From Malacoraja senta (taxonomy: Eukaryota), in assembly GCA_038087875.1 (NCBI GenBank), contig JAXLNO010000252.1:248001-312000 (forward strand): a stretch of DNA of 64,000 nucleotides, given 5' to 3'. This document shows, one piece after another, positions 1 through 15,000 of this stretch. The first letter of the stretch is position 1; each line of letters begins with the position of its first letter. Position numbers and translations under genes: made by a program. Below the pieces are notes generated by a model. That model saw only the letters and a list, made by a program, of their open reading frames with translations. It made no database searches and was not told where the DNA came from.

Positions 1-3000
1 ACTTTTCAATTAGGCAAGGCAAGGCAACTTTAGCATTCTCAAACAAACTTTTCAATGAGGCAAGGCAACTTTAGCATTCTCAAACCAACTTTTCAATCAG
101 GCAAGGCATTCTCAAACCAACTTTTCAATTAGGCAAAGGCAACCTTAGCATTCTCAAACCAACTTTTCAATTAGGCAAGGCAAACTTAGCATTTTCAAAC
201 CAACTTTTCAATTAGGCAAGGCATTCTCAAATCAACTTTTCAATTAGGCAAAGCATTCTCAAACCAACTTTTCAATTAGGCATGGCAACTTTTGCATTCT
301 CAAACCAACTTTTCAAATAGGCATGGCATTCTGAAATCAACTTTTCAATCAGGCAAAGCATTCTCAAACCAACTTTTCAATTAGGCAAAGCATTCTCAAA
401 CCAACTTTTCAATTAGGCAAGGCAAATTTATCATTCTCAAACCAACTTTTCAATTAGGCAAGGCAACCTTAGCATTCTCTAACCAACTTTTCAATTAGGC
501 AAGGCAACCTTAGCATTCTCAAACCAACTTTTCAATTAGGCAAGGCAACTTCAGCATTCTCAAACCAACTTTTCAATTAGGCAAGGCAACTTTTGCATTT
601 TCAAACCAACTTTTCAATTAGGCAAGGCAACTTTATCATTCTCAAACCACCTTTTCAATTAGGCAAGGCAACCTTAGCATTCTCAAACCAACTTTTCAAA
701 TAGACAAGGCAACTTTTGCATTCTCAAACCAACTTTTCAATTAGGCAAGGCAACCTAAGCATTCTCAAACCAACTTTTCTATTAGGCAAGGCAACCTTAG
801 CATTCTCAAACCAACTTTTCAATTGGGCAACTTTATCATTCTCAAACCACCTTTTCAATTAGGCAAGGCAACCTTAGCATTCTCAAACCAACTTTTCAAA
901 TAGACAAGGCAACTTTTGCATTCTCAAAACAACTTTGCAATTAGGCAAGGCAACCTAAGCATTCTCAAACCAACTTTTCAATTAGGCAAGGCAACCTTAG
1001 CATTCTCAAACCAACTTTTCAATTAGGCAAGGCAACCTTAGCATTCTCAATCCAATTTTTCAATTAGGCAAGGCATTCTCAAATCAACTTTTCAATTACG
1101 CAAAGCATTCTCAAACCACCTTTTCAATTAGGCAAGGAAACTTTTGCATTCTCAAACTAACTTTTCAAATAGACAAGACAATGTTTGTATTCTCAAACCG
1201 ACTTTTCAATTAGGCAAGGTAACTTTAGCATTCTCAAACCAACTTTTCAATCAGGCAAGGCATTCTCAAATTAACCATTCAATTAGTCAAAGCATTCTCA
1301 AACAAACCTTTCAATCACGCAAGGCAACTTTTGCATTCTCAAACCAACTTTTCAAATAGGCAAGGCAACTTTTGAATTCTCAAACCAACTTTTCAATTAG
1401 GCAAGTCAACTTTAGCATTCTCAAACCAACTTTTCAATTAGGCAAGGCAACTTTAGCATTCTCAAACCAACTTTTCAATTTGGCAAGGCATCTTTGGCAT
1501 TCTGAAATCAACTTTTCAATTAGGCAAGGCAACTTTAGCATTCTCAAACCAACTTTTCAATTAGGCAAGGCAAGGCAACTTTAGCATTCTCAAACAAACT
1601 TTTCAATGAGGCAAGGCAACTTTAGCATTCTCAAACCAACTTTTCAATCAGGCAAGGCATTCTCAAACCAACTTTTCAATTAGGCAAGGCAACCTTAGCA
1701 TTCTCAAACCAACTTTTCAATTAGGCAAGGCAAACTTAGCATTTTCAAACCAACTTTTCAATTAGGCAAGGCATTCTCAAATCAACTTTTCAATTAGGCA
1801 AAGCATTCTCAAACCAACTTTTCAATTAGGCATGGCAACTTTTGCATTCTCAAACCAACTTTTCAAATAGGCATGGCATTCTGAAATCAACTTTTCAATC
1901 AGGCAAAGCATTCTCAAACCAACTTTTCAATTAGGCAAAGCATTCTCAAACCAACTTTTCAATTAGGCAAGGCAAATTTATCATTCTCAAACCAACTTTT
2001 CAATTAGGCAAGGCAACCTTAGCATTCACTAACCAACTTTTCAATTAGGCAAGGCAACCTTAGCATTCTCAAACCAACTTTTCAATTAGGCAAGGCAACT
2101 TCAGCATTCTCAAACCAACTTTTCAATTAGGCAAGGCAACTTTTGCATTTTCAAACCAACTTTTCAATTAGGCAAGGCAACTTTATCATTCTCAAACCAC
2201 CTTTTCAATTAGGCAAGGCAACCTTAGCATTCTCAAACCAACTTTTCAAATAGACAAGGCAACTTTTGCATTCTCAAACCAACTTTTCAATTAGGCAAGG
2301 CAACCTAAGCATTCTCAAACCAACTTTTCTATTAGGCAAGGCAACCTTAGCATTCTCAAACCAACTTTTCAATTAGGCAAGGCAACCTTAGCATTCTCAA
2401 TCCAATTTTTCAATTAGGCAAGGCATTCTCAAATTAACCTTTCAATTAGTCAAAGCATTCTCAAACCACCTTTTCAATTAGGAAAGGCAACTTTTGCATT
2501 CTCAAACCAACTTTTCAAATAGGCAAGGCAACTTTTGAATTCTCAAACCAACTTTTCAATTAGGCAAGTCAACTTTAGCATTCTCAAACCAACTTTTCAA
2601 TTAGGCAAGGCAACTTTAGCATTCTCAAACCAAGTTTTCAGTTAGGAAAGGCAACCTGAGCATTCTCAAACCAACTTTTAAATTAGGCAAGGCAACCTTA
2701 GCATTCTCAAACCAACTTTTCAATTAGTCAAGGCAACCTTAGCATTCTCAAACCAACTTTTCAATTAGGCAAGGCATTCTCAAATCAACTTTTCAATTAG
2801 GCAAAGCATTCTCAAACCAACTTTTCAATTAGGCAAGGCAACTTTAGCATTCTCAAACCAACTTTTCAATTAGGCAAGGCAACTTTTGCATTCTCAAAAC
2901 AACTTTTCAAATAGACAAGGCAACTTTTGCATTCTCAAAACAACTTTTCAATTAGGTAAGGCAACTTTAGCATTCTCAAACCAACTTTTCAATTAGGCAA

Positions 3001-6000
3001 GGCAACCTTAGAATTCTCAAACCAACTTTACAATTAGGCAAAGCATTCTCAAACCAACTTTTCAATTAAGCACGGCAACTTTGGGATTCTCAAACCAACT
3101 TTTCAATTAGGCAAGGCAACTTTAGCATTCTCAAACCAACTTTTCAATTAGGCAAGGCAACTTTCGCATTCTCAAACCAACTTTTCAATTAGGCAAGGCA
3201 ACTTTGCCATTCTCAAACCAACTTTTGAATTAGGCAAGGCAACTTTCGCATTCTCAAACCAACTTTTCAATTAGGCAAGGCAACTTTTGCATTCTCAAAC
3301 CAACTTTTCAATTAGGCAAGGCAACTTTAGCATTCTCAAACCAACTTTTCAATCAGGCAAGGCATTCTCAAATTAACCTTTCAATTAAGCAAAGCATTCT
3401 CAAACGAACATTTCAATCAGGCAAGGCAACTTTTGCATTCTCAAACCAACTTTTCAATTAGGCAAGGCAACCTTAGCATTCTCAAACCAACTTTTCAATT
3501 AGGCAAGTCAACTTTAGCATTCTCAAACCAACTTTTCAATTAGGCAAGGCAACTTTAGCATTCACAAACCAACTTTTCAATTTGGCAAGGCATCTTTGGC
3601 ATTCTGAAATCAACTTTTCAATTAGGCAAGGCAACTTTAGCATTCTCAAACCAACTTTTCAATTAGGCAAGGCAACCTTAGCATTTTCAAACCTTCTTTT
3701 CAATTAGGCAAGGCATTCTCAAATCAACTTTTCAATTAGGCAAAGCATTCACAAACCAACTTTTCAATTAGGCAAGGCAACTTTTGCATTCTCAAACCAA
3801 CTTTGCAATTAGGCAAGGCATTCTCAAATCAACTTTTCTATCAGGCAAAGCATTCTCAAACCAACTTTTCAATTAGGCAAGGCAACTTTTGAATTCTCAA
3901 CCCAACTTTTCAATTAGGCAAGGCAACTTGAGCATTCTCAAACAAACTTTTCAATTAGGCAAGGCAACTTGAGCATTCTCAAACCAACTTTTCAATTAGT
4001 CAAGGCAACTTCTGCATTCTCAAACAAACTTTTCAATCAGGCAAGGCAACTTTTGCATTCTCAAACCAACTTTTCAAATAGGCAAGGCAACTTTTGAATT
4101 CTCAAACCAACTTTTCAATTTGGCAAGGCATCTTTGGCATTCTGAAATCAACTTTTCAATTAGGCAAGGCAACTTTAGCATTCTCAAACCAACTTTTCAA
4201 TTAGGCAAGGCAAGGCAACTTTAGCATTCTCAAACAAACTTTTCAATAAGGCAAGGCAACTTTAGCATTCTCAAACCAACTTTTCAATCAGGCAAGGCAT
4301 TCTCAAACCAACTTTTCAATTAGAAAAGGCAACCTTAGCATTCTCAAACCAACTTTTCAATTAGGCAAGGCAACCTTAGCATTTTCAAACCAACTTTTCA
4401 ATTAGGCAAGGCATTCTCAAATCAACTTTTCAATTAGGCAAAGCATTCTCAAACCAACTTTTCAATTAGGCATGGCAACTTTTGCATTCTCAAACCAACT
4501 TTTCAAATAGGCATGGCATTCTGAAATCAACTTTTCAATCAGGCAAAGCATTCTCAAACCAACTTTTCAATTAGGCAAGGCAACTTTTGAATTCTCAACC
4601 CAACTTTTCAATTAGGCAAGGCAACTTGAGCATTCTCAAATGAACTTTTCAATTAGGCAAGGCAACTTGAGCATTCTCAAACCAACTTTTCAATTAGTCA
4701 AGGCAACTTCTGCATTCGCAAACCAACTTTTCAATTGGGCAACTTTATCATTCTCAAACCACCTTTTCAATTAGGCAAGGCAACCTTAGCATTCTCAAAC
4801 CAACTTTTCAAATAGACAAGGCAACCTAAGCATTCTCAAACCAACTTTTCAATTAGGCAAGGCAACCTTAGCATTCTCAAACCAACTTTTCAATTAGGCA
4901 AGGCAACCTTAGCATTCTCAAACCAACTTTTCAATCAGGCAAGGCATTCTCAAATTAACCTTTCAATTAGTCAAAACATTCTCAAACAAACCTTTCAATC
5001 AGGCAAGGCAACTTTTGCATTCTCAAACCAACTTTTCAAATAGGCAAGGCAACTTTTGAATTCTCAAACCAACTTTTCAATTAGGCAAGTCAACTTTAGC
5101 ATTCTCAAACCAACTTTTCAATTAGGCAAAGCATTCTCAAACCAACTTTTCAATTAGGCATGGCAACTTTTGCATTCTCAAACCAACTTTTCAAATAGGC
5201 ATGGCATTCTGAAATCAACTTTTCAATCAGGCAAAGCATTCTCAAACCAACTTTTCAATTAGGCAAAGCATTCTCAAACCAACTTTTCAATTAGGCAAGG
5301 CAAATTTATCATTCTCAAACCAACTTTTCAATTAGGCAAGGCAACCTTAGCATTCTCTAACCAACTTTTCAATTAGGCAAGGCAACCTTAGCATTCTCAA
5401 CAACTTTTCACTTAGGCAAGGCATTCTCAAATCAACTTTTCAATTGGGCAAAGCAACTTTTGCATTCTGAAACTTACTTTTCAAATAGGCAAGGCATTCT
5501 GAAATCAACTTTACAATCAGGGAAAGCATTCTCAAACCAACCTTTCAATTAGGCAAGGCAACTTTTGCATTCTCAAACCAACTTTTCAATTAGGCAAGTC
5601 AACTTTAGCATTCTCAAACCAACTTTTCAATTAGGCAAGGCAGCTTTAGCATTCTCAAACCAACTTTTCAATTTGGCAAGGCATCTTTGGCATTCTGAAA
5701 TCAACTTTTCAATTAGGCAAGGCAACTTTAGCATTCTCAAACCAACTTTTCAATTAGGCAAGGCAAGGCAACTTTAGCATTCTCAAACAAACTTTTCAAT
5801 AAGGCAAGGCAACTTTAGCATTCTCAAACCAACTTTTCAATCAGGCAAGGCATTCTCAAACCAACTTTTCAATTAGAAAAGGCAGCCTTAGCATTCTCAA
5901 ACCAACTTTTCAATTAGGCAAGGCAACCTTAGCATTTTCAAACCAACTTTTCAATTAGGCAAGGCATTCTCAAATCAACTTTTCAATTAGGCAAAGCATT

Positions 6001-9000
6001 CTCAAACCAACTTTTCAATTAGGCATGGCAACTTTTGCATTCTCAAACCAACTTTTCAAATAGGCATGGCATTCTGAAATCAACTTTTCAATCAGGCAAA
6101 GCATTCTCAAACCAACTTTTCAATTAGGCAAAGCATTCTCAAACCAACTTTTCAATTAGGCAAGGCAAATTTATCATTCTCAAACCAACTTTTCAATTAG
6201 GCAAGGCAACCTTAGCATTCTCTAACCAACTTTTCAATTAGGCAAGGCAACCTTAGCATTCTCAACAACTTTTCACTTAGGCAAGGCATTCTCAAATCAA
6301 CTTTTCAATTGGGCAAAGCAACTTTTGCATTCTGAAACTTACTTTTCAAATAGGCAAGGCATTCTGAAATCAACTTTACAATCAGGGAAAGCATTCTCAA
6401 ACCAACCTTTCAATTAGGCAAGGCAACTTTTGCATTCTCAAACCAACTTTTCAATTAGGCAAGGCAACTTTAGCATTCTCAAACCAACTTTTCAATTAGG
6501 CAAGGCAGCTTTAGCATTCTCAAACCAACTTTTCAATTTGGCAAGGCATCTTTGGCATTCTGAAATCAACTTTTCAATTAGGCAAGGCAACTTTAGCATT
6601 CTCAAACCAACTTTTCAATTAGGCAAGGCAAGGCAACTTTAGCATTCTCAAACAAACTTTTCAATAAGGCAAGGCAACTTTAGCATTCTCAAACCAACTT
6701 TTCAATCAGGCAAGGCATTCTCAAACCAACTTTTCAATTAGAAAAGGCAGCCTTAGCATTCTCAAACCAACTTTTCAATTAGGCAAGGCAACCTTAGCAT
6801 TTTCAAACCAACTTTTCAATTAGGCAAGGCATTCTCAAATCAACTTTTCAATTAGGCAAAGCATTCTCAAACCAACTTTTCAATTAGGCATGGCAACTTT
6901 TGCATTCTCAAACCAACTTTTCAAATAGGCATGGCATTCTGAAATCAACTTTTCAATCAGGCAAAGCATTCTCAAACCAACTTTTCAATTAGGCAAAGCA
7001 TTCTCAAACCAACTTTTCAATTAGGCAAGGCAAATTTATCATTCTCAAACCAACTTTTCAATTAGGCAAGGCAACCTTAGCATTCTCTAACCAACTTTTC
7101 AATTAGGCAAGGCAACCTTAGCATTCTCAACAACTTTTCACTTAGGCAAGGCATTCTCAAATCAACTTTTCAATTGGGCAAAGCAACTTTTGCATTCTGA
7201 AACTTACTTTTCAAATAGGCAAGGCATTCTGAAATCAACTTTACAATCAGGGAAAGCATTCTCAAACCAACCTTTCAATTAGGCAAGGCAACTTTTGCAT
7301 TCTCAAACCAACTTTTCAATTAGGCAAGGCAACTTTAGCATTCTCAAACCAACTTTTCAATTAGTCAAGGCAACTTCAGCATTCTCAAACCAACTTTTCA
7401 ATTAGGCAAGGCAACTTTTACATTTTCAAACCAACTTTTCAATTAGGTAAGGCAACTTTATCATTCTTAAACCACCTTTTCAATTAGGCAAGGCAACCTT
7501 AGCATTCTCAAACCATCTTTTCAAATAGACAAGGCAACTTTTGCATTCTCAAACCAACTTTTCAATTAGGCAAGGCAACCTAAGCATTCTCAAACCAACT
7601 TTTCAATTAGGCAAGGCAACCTTAGCATTCTCAAACCAACTTTCCAATTAGGCAAGGCAACCTTAGCATTCTCAATCCAATTTTTCAATTAGGCAAGGCA
7701 TTCTCAAATCAACTTTTCAATTAGGCAAAGCATTCTCAAGCCACCTTTTCAATTAGGCAAGGCAACTTTTGCATTATCAAACTAACTTTTCAAATAGACA
7801 AGGCAATGTTTGTATTCTCAAACCAACTTTTCAATTAGGCAAGGCAACTTTAGCATTCTCAAACCAAGTTTTCAATTAGGAAAGGCAACCTTAGCATTCT
7901 CAAACCAACTTTTCAATTTGGCAAGGCATTCTCAAATCAACTTTTCAATTAGGCAAAGCATTCTCAAACCAACTTATCAATTAGGCAAGGCAACTTTAGC
8001 ATTCTCAAACCAACTTTTCAATCAGGCAAGGCATTCTCAAATTAACCTTTCAATTAGTCAAAGCATTCTCAAACAAACTTTTCAATCAGGCAAGGCAACT
8101 TTTGCATTCTCAAACCAACTTTTCAAATAGGCAAGGCAACTTTTGAATTCTCAAACCAACTTTTCAATTAGGCAAGTCAACTTTAGCATTCTCAAACCAA
8201 CTTTTCAATTAGGCAAGGCAACTTTAGCATTCTCAAACCAACTTTTCAATTTGGCAAGGCATCTTTGGCATTCTGAAATCAACATTTCAATTAGGCAAGG
8301 CAACTTTAGCATTCTCAAACCAACTTTTCAATTAGGCAAGGCAAGGCAACTAGCATTCTCAAACAAACTTTTCAATAAGGCAAGGCAACTTTAGCATTCT
8401 CAAACCAACTTTTCAATCAAGCAAGGCATTCTCAAACCAACTTTTCAATTAGGCAAGGCAACCTTAGCATTCTCAAACCAACTTTTCAATTAGGCAAGGC
8501 AACCTTAGCATTTTCAAACCAACTTTTCAATTAGGCAAGGCATTCTCACATCAACTTTTCAATTAGGCAAAGCATTCTCAAACCAACTTTTCAATTAAGC
8601 ATGGCAACTTTTGCATTCTCAAACCAACTTTTCAATTAGGCAAGGCAAATTTATCATTCTCAAACCAACTTTTCAATTAGGCAAGGCAACCTTAGCATTC
8701 TCTAACCAACTTTTCAATTAGGCAAGGCAACCTTAGCATTCTCAACAACTTTTCACTTAGGCAAGGCATTCTCAAATCAACTTTTCAATTGGGCAAAGCA
8801 ACTTTTGCATTCTGAAACATACTTTTCAAATAGGCAAGGCATTCTGAAATCAACTTTACAATCAGGGAAAGCATTCTCAAACCAACCTTTCAATTAGGCA
8901 AGGCAACTTTTGCATTCTCAAACCAACTTTTCAATTAGGCAAGGCAACTTTAGCATTCTCAAACCAACTTTTCAATTAGTCAATGCAACTTCAGCATTCT

Positions 9001-12000
9001 CAAACCAACTTTTCAATTAGGCAAGGCAACTTTTGCATTTTCAAACCAACTTTTCAATTAGGCAAGGCAACTTTATCATTCTTAAACCACCTTTTCAATT
9101 AGGCAAGGCAACCTTAGCATTCTCAAACCATCTTTTCAAATAGACAAGGCAACTTTTGCATTCTCAAAACAACTTTTCAATTAGGTAAGGCAACTTTAGC
9201 ATTCTCAAACCAACTTTTCAATTAGGCAAGGCAACCTTAGAATTCTCAAACCAACTTTACAATTAGGCAAAGCATTCTCAAACCAACTTTTCAATTAAGC
9301 ACGGCAACTTTGGGATTCTCAAACCAACTTTTCAATTAGGCAAGGCAACTTTAGCATTCTCAAACCAACTTTTCAATTAGGCAAGGCAACTTTCGCATTC
9401 TCAAACCAACTTTTCAATTAGGCAAGGCAACTTTGCCATTCTCAAACCAACTTTTGAATTAGGCAAGGCAACTTTCGCATTCTCAAACCAACTTTTCAAT
9501 TAGGCAAGGCAACTTTTGCATTCTCAAACCAACTTTTCAATTAGGCAAGGCAACTTTAGCATTCTCAAACCAACTTTTCAATCAGGCAAGGCATTCTCAA
9601 ATTAACCTTTCAATTAAGCAAAGCATTCTCAAACGAACATTTCAATCAGGCAAGGCAACTTTTGCATTCTCAAACCAACTTTTCAATTAGGCAAGGCAAC
9701 CTTAGCATTCTCAAACCAACTTTTCAATTAGGCAAGTCAACTTTAGCATTCTCAAACCAACTTTTCAATTAGGCAAGGCAACTTTAGCATTCACAAACCA
9801 ACTTTTCAATTTGGCAAGGCATCTTTGGCATTCTGAAATCAACTTTTCAATTAGGCAAGGCAACTTTAGCATTCTCAAACCAACTTTTCAATTAGGCAAG
9901 GCAACCTTAGCATTTTCAAACCTTCTTTTCAATTAGGCAAGGCATTCTCAAATCAACTTTTCAATTAGGCAAAGCATTCACAAACCAACTTTTCAATTAG
10001 GCAAGGCAACTTTTGCATTCTCAAACCAACTTTGCAATTAGGCAAGGCATTCTCAAATCAACTTTTCTATCAGGCAAAGCATTCTCAAACCAACTTTTCA
10101 ATTAGGCAAGGCAACTTTTGAATTCTCAACCCAACTTTTCAATTAGGCAAGGCAACTTGAGCATTCTCAAACAAACTTTTCAATTAGGCAAGGCAACTTG
10201 AGCATTCTCAAACCAACTTTTCAATCAGGCAAGGCAACTTTTGCATTCTCAAACCAACTTTTCAAATAGGCAAGGCAACTTTTGAATTCTCAAACCAACT
10301 TTTCAATTTGGCAAGGCATCTTTGGCATTCTGAAATCAACTTTTCAATTAGGCAAGGCAACTTTAGCATTCTCAAACCAACTTTTCAATTAGGCAAGGCA
10401 AGGCAACTTTAGCATTCTCAAACAAACTTTTCAATAAGGCAAGGCAACTTTAGCATTCTCAAACCAACTTTTCAATCAGGCAAGGCATTCTCAAACCAAC
10501 TTTTCAATTAGAAAAGGCAACCTTAGCATTCTCAAACCAACTTTTCAATTAGGCAAGGCAACCTTAGCATTTTCAAACCAACTTTTCAATTAGGCAAGGC
10601 ATTCTCAAATCAACTTTTCAATTAGGCAAAGCATTCTCAAACCAACTTTTCAATTAGGCATGGCAACTTTTGCATTCTCAAACCAACTTTTCAAATAGGC
10701 ATGGCATTCTGAAATCAACTTTTCAATCAGGCAAAGCATTCTCAAACCAACTTTTCAATTAGGCAAGGCAACTTTTGAATTCTCAACCCAACTTTTCAAT
10801 TAGGAAAGGCAACTTGAGCATTCTCAAATGAACTTTTCAATTAGGCAAGGCAACTTGAGCATTCTCAAACCAACTTTTCAATTAGTCAAGGCAACTTCTG
10901 CATTCGCAAACCAACTTTTCAATTGGGCAACTTTATCATTCTCAAACCACCTTTTCAATTAGGCAAGGCAACCTTAGCATTCTCAAACCAACTTTTCAAA
11001 TAGACAAGGCAACCTAAGCATTCTCAAACCAACTTTTCAATTAGGCAAGGCAACCTTAGCATTCTCAAACCAACTTTTCAATTAGGCAAGGCAACCTTAG
11101 CATTCTCAAACCAACTTTTCAATCAGGCAAGGCATTCTCAAATTAACCTTTCAATTAGTCAAAACATTCTCAAACAAACCTTTCAATCAGGCAAGGCAAC
11201 TTTTGCATTCTCAAACCAACTTTTCAAATAGGCAAGGCAACTTTTGAATTCTCAAACCAACTTTTCAATTAGGCAAGTCAACTTTAGCATTCTCAAACCA
11301 ACTTTTCAATTAGGCAAGGCAGCTTTAGCATTCTCAAACCAACTTTTCAATTTGGCAAGGCATCTTTGGCATTCTGAAATCAACTTTTCAATTAGGCAAG
11401 GCAACTTTAGCATTCTCAAACCAACTTTTCAATTAGGCAAGGCAAGGCAACTTTAGCATTCTCAAACAAACTTTTCAATAAGGCAAGGCAACTTTAGCAT
11501 TCTCAAACCAACTTTTCAATCAGGCAAGGCATTCTGAAACCAACTTTTCAATTAGAAAAGGCAGCCTTAGCATTCTCAAACCAACTTTTCAATTAGGCAA
11601 GGCAACCTTAGCATTTTCAAACCAACTTTTCAATTAGGCAAGGCATTCTCAAATCAACTTTTCAATTAGGCAAAGCATTCTCAAACCAACTTTTCAATTA
11701 GGCATGGCAACTTTTGCATTCTCAAACCAACTTTTCAAATAGGCATGGCATTCTGAAATCAACTTTTCAATCAGGCAAAGCATTCTCAAACCAACTTTTC
11801 AATTAGGCAAAGCATTCTCAAACCAACTTTTCAATTAGGCAAGGCAAATTTATCATTCTCAAACCAACTTTTCAATTAGGCAAGGCAACCTTAGCATTCT
11901 CTAACCAACTTTTCAATTAGGCAAGGCAACCTTAGCATTCTCAACAACTTTTCACTTAGGCAAGGCATTCTCAAATCAACTTTTCAATTGGGCAAAGCAA

Positions 12001-15000
12001 CTTTTGCATTCTGAAACTTACTTTTCAAATAGGCAAGGCATTCTGAAATCAACTTTACAATCAGGGAAAGCATTCTCAAACCAACCTTTCAATTAGGCAA
12101 GGCAACTTTTGCATTCTCAAACCAACTTTTCAATTAGGCAAGTCAACTTTAGCATTCTCAAACCAACTTTTCAATTAGGCAAGGCAGCTTTAGCATTCTC
12201 AAACCAACTTTTCAATTTGGCAAGGCATCTTTGGCATTCTGAAATCAACTTTTCAATTAGGCAAGGCAACTTTAGCATTCTCAAACCAACTTTTCAATTA
12301 GGCAAGGCAAGGCAACTTTAGCATTCTCAAACAAACTTTTCAATAAGGCAAGGCAACTTTAGCATTCTCAAACCAACTTTTCAATCAGGCAAGGCATTCT
12401 CAAACCAACTTTTCAATTAGAAAAGGCAGCCTTAGCATTCTCAAACCAACTTTTCAATTAGGCAAGGCAACCTTAGCATTTTCAAACCAACTTTTCAATT
12501 AGGCAAGGCATTCTCAAATCAACTTTTCAATTAGGCAAAGCATTCTCAAACCAACTTTTCAATTAGGCATGGCAACTTTTGCATTCTCAAACCAACTTTT
12601 CAAATAGGCATGGCATTCTGAAATCAACTTTTCAATCAGGCAAAGCATTCTCAAACCAACTTTTCAATTAGGCAAAGCATTCTCAAACCAACTTTTCAAT
12701 TAGGCAAGGCAAATTTATCATTCTCAAACCAACTTTTCAATTAGGCAAGGCAACCTTAGCATTCTCTAACCAACTTTTCAATTAGGCAAGGCAACCTTAG
12801 CATTCTCAACAACTTTTCACTTAGGCAAGGCATTCTCAAATCAACTTTTCAATTGGGCAAAGCAACTTTTGCATTCTGAAACTTACTTTTCAAATAGGCA
12901 AGGCATTCTGAAATCAACTTTACAATCAGGGAAAGCATTCTCAAACCAACCTTTCAATTAGGCAAGGCAACTTTTGCATTCTCAAACCAACTTTTCAATT
13001 AGGCAAGGCAACTTTAGCATTCTCAAACCAACTTTTCAATTAGTCAAGGCAACTTCAGCATTCTCAAACCAACTTTTCAATTAGGCAAGGCAACTTTTAC
13101 ATTTTCAAACCAACTTTTCAATTAGGCAAGGCAACTTTATCATTCTTAAACCACCTTTTCAATTAGGCAAGGCAACCTTAGCATTCTCAAACCATCTTTT
13201 CAAATAGACAAGGCAACTTTTGCATTCTCAAACCAACTTTTCAATTAGGCAAGGCAACCTAAGCATTCTCAAACCAACTTTTCAATTAGGCAAGGCAACC
13301 TTAGCATTCTCAAACCAACTTTCCAATTAGGCAAGGCAACCTTAGCATTCTCAATCCAATTTTTCAATTAGGCAAGGCATTCTCAAATCAACTTTTCAAT
13401 TAGGCAAAGCATTCTCAAGCCACCTTTTCAATTAGGCAAGGCAACTTTTGCATTATCAAACTAACTTTTCAAATAGACAAGGCAATGTTTGTATTCTCAA
13501 ACCAACTTTTCAATTAGGCAAGGCAACTTTAGCATTCTCAAACCAAGTTTTCAATTAGGAAAGGCAACCTTAGCATTCTCAAACCAACTTTTCAATTTGG
13601 CAAGGCATTCTCAAATCAACTTTTCAATTAGGCAAAGCATTCTCAAACCAACTTATCAATTAGGCAAGGCAACTTTAGCATTCTCAAACCAACTTTTCAA
13701 TCAGGCAAGGCATTCTCAAATTAACCTTTCAATTAGTCAAAGCATTCTCAAACAAACTTTTCAATCAGGCAAGGCAACTTTTGCATTCTCAAACCAACTT
13801 TTCAAATAGGCAAGGCAACTTTTGAATTCTCAAACCAACTTTTCAATTAGGCAAGTCAACTTTAGCATTCTCAAACCAACTTTTCAATTAGGCAAGGCAA
13901 CTTTAGCATTCTCAAACCAACTTTTCAATTTGGCAAGGCATCTTTGGCATTCTGAAATCAACATTTCAATTAGGCAAGGCAACTTTAGCATTCTCAAACC
14001 AACTTTTCAATTAGGCAAGGCAAGGCAACTAGCATTCTCAAACAAACTTTTCAATAAGGCAAGGCAACTTTAGCATTCTCAAACCAACTTTTCAATCAAG
14101 CAAGGCATTCTCAAACCAACTTTTCAATTAGGCAAGGCAACCTTAGCATTCTCAAACCAACTTTTCAATTAGGCAAGGCAACCTTAGCATTTTCAAACCA
14201 ACTTTTCAATTAGGCAAGGCATTCTCACATCAACTTTTCAATTAGGCAAAGCATTCTCAAACCAACTTTTCAATTAAGCATGGCAACTTTTGCATTCTCA
14301 AACCAACTTTTCAATTAGGCAAGGCAAATTTATCATTCTCAAACCAACTTTTCAATTAGGCAAGGCAACCTTAGCATTCTCTAACCAACTTTTCAATTAG
14401 GCAAGGCAACCTTAGCATTCTCAACAACTTTTCACTTAGGCAAGGCATTCTCAAATCAACTTTTCAATTGGGCAAAGCAACTTTTGCATTCTGAAACATA
14501 CTTTTCAAATAGGCAAGGCATTCTGAAATCAACTTTACAATCAGGGAAAGCATTCTCAAACCAACCTTTCAATTAGGCAAGGCAACTTTTGCATTCTCAA
14601 ACCAACTTTTCAATTAGGCAAGGCAACTTTAGCATTCTCAAACCAACTTTTCAATTAGTCAATGCAACTTCAGCATTCTCAAACCAACTTTTCAATTAGG
14701 CAAGGCAACTTTTGCATTTTCAAACCAACTTTTCAATTAGGCAAGGCAACTTTATCATTCTTAAACCACCTTTTCAATTAGGCAAGGCAACCTTAGCATT
14801 CTCAAACCATCTTTTCAAATAGACAAGGCAACTTTTGCATTCTCAAACCAACTTTTCAATTAGGCAAGGCAACCTAAGCATTCTCAAACCAACTTTTCAA
14901 TTAGGCAAGGCAACCTTAGCATTCTCAAACCAACTTTCCAATTAGGCAAGGCAACCTTAGCATTCTCAATCCAATTTTTCAATTAGGCAAGGCATTCTCA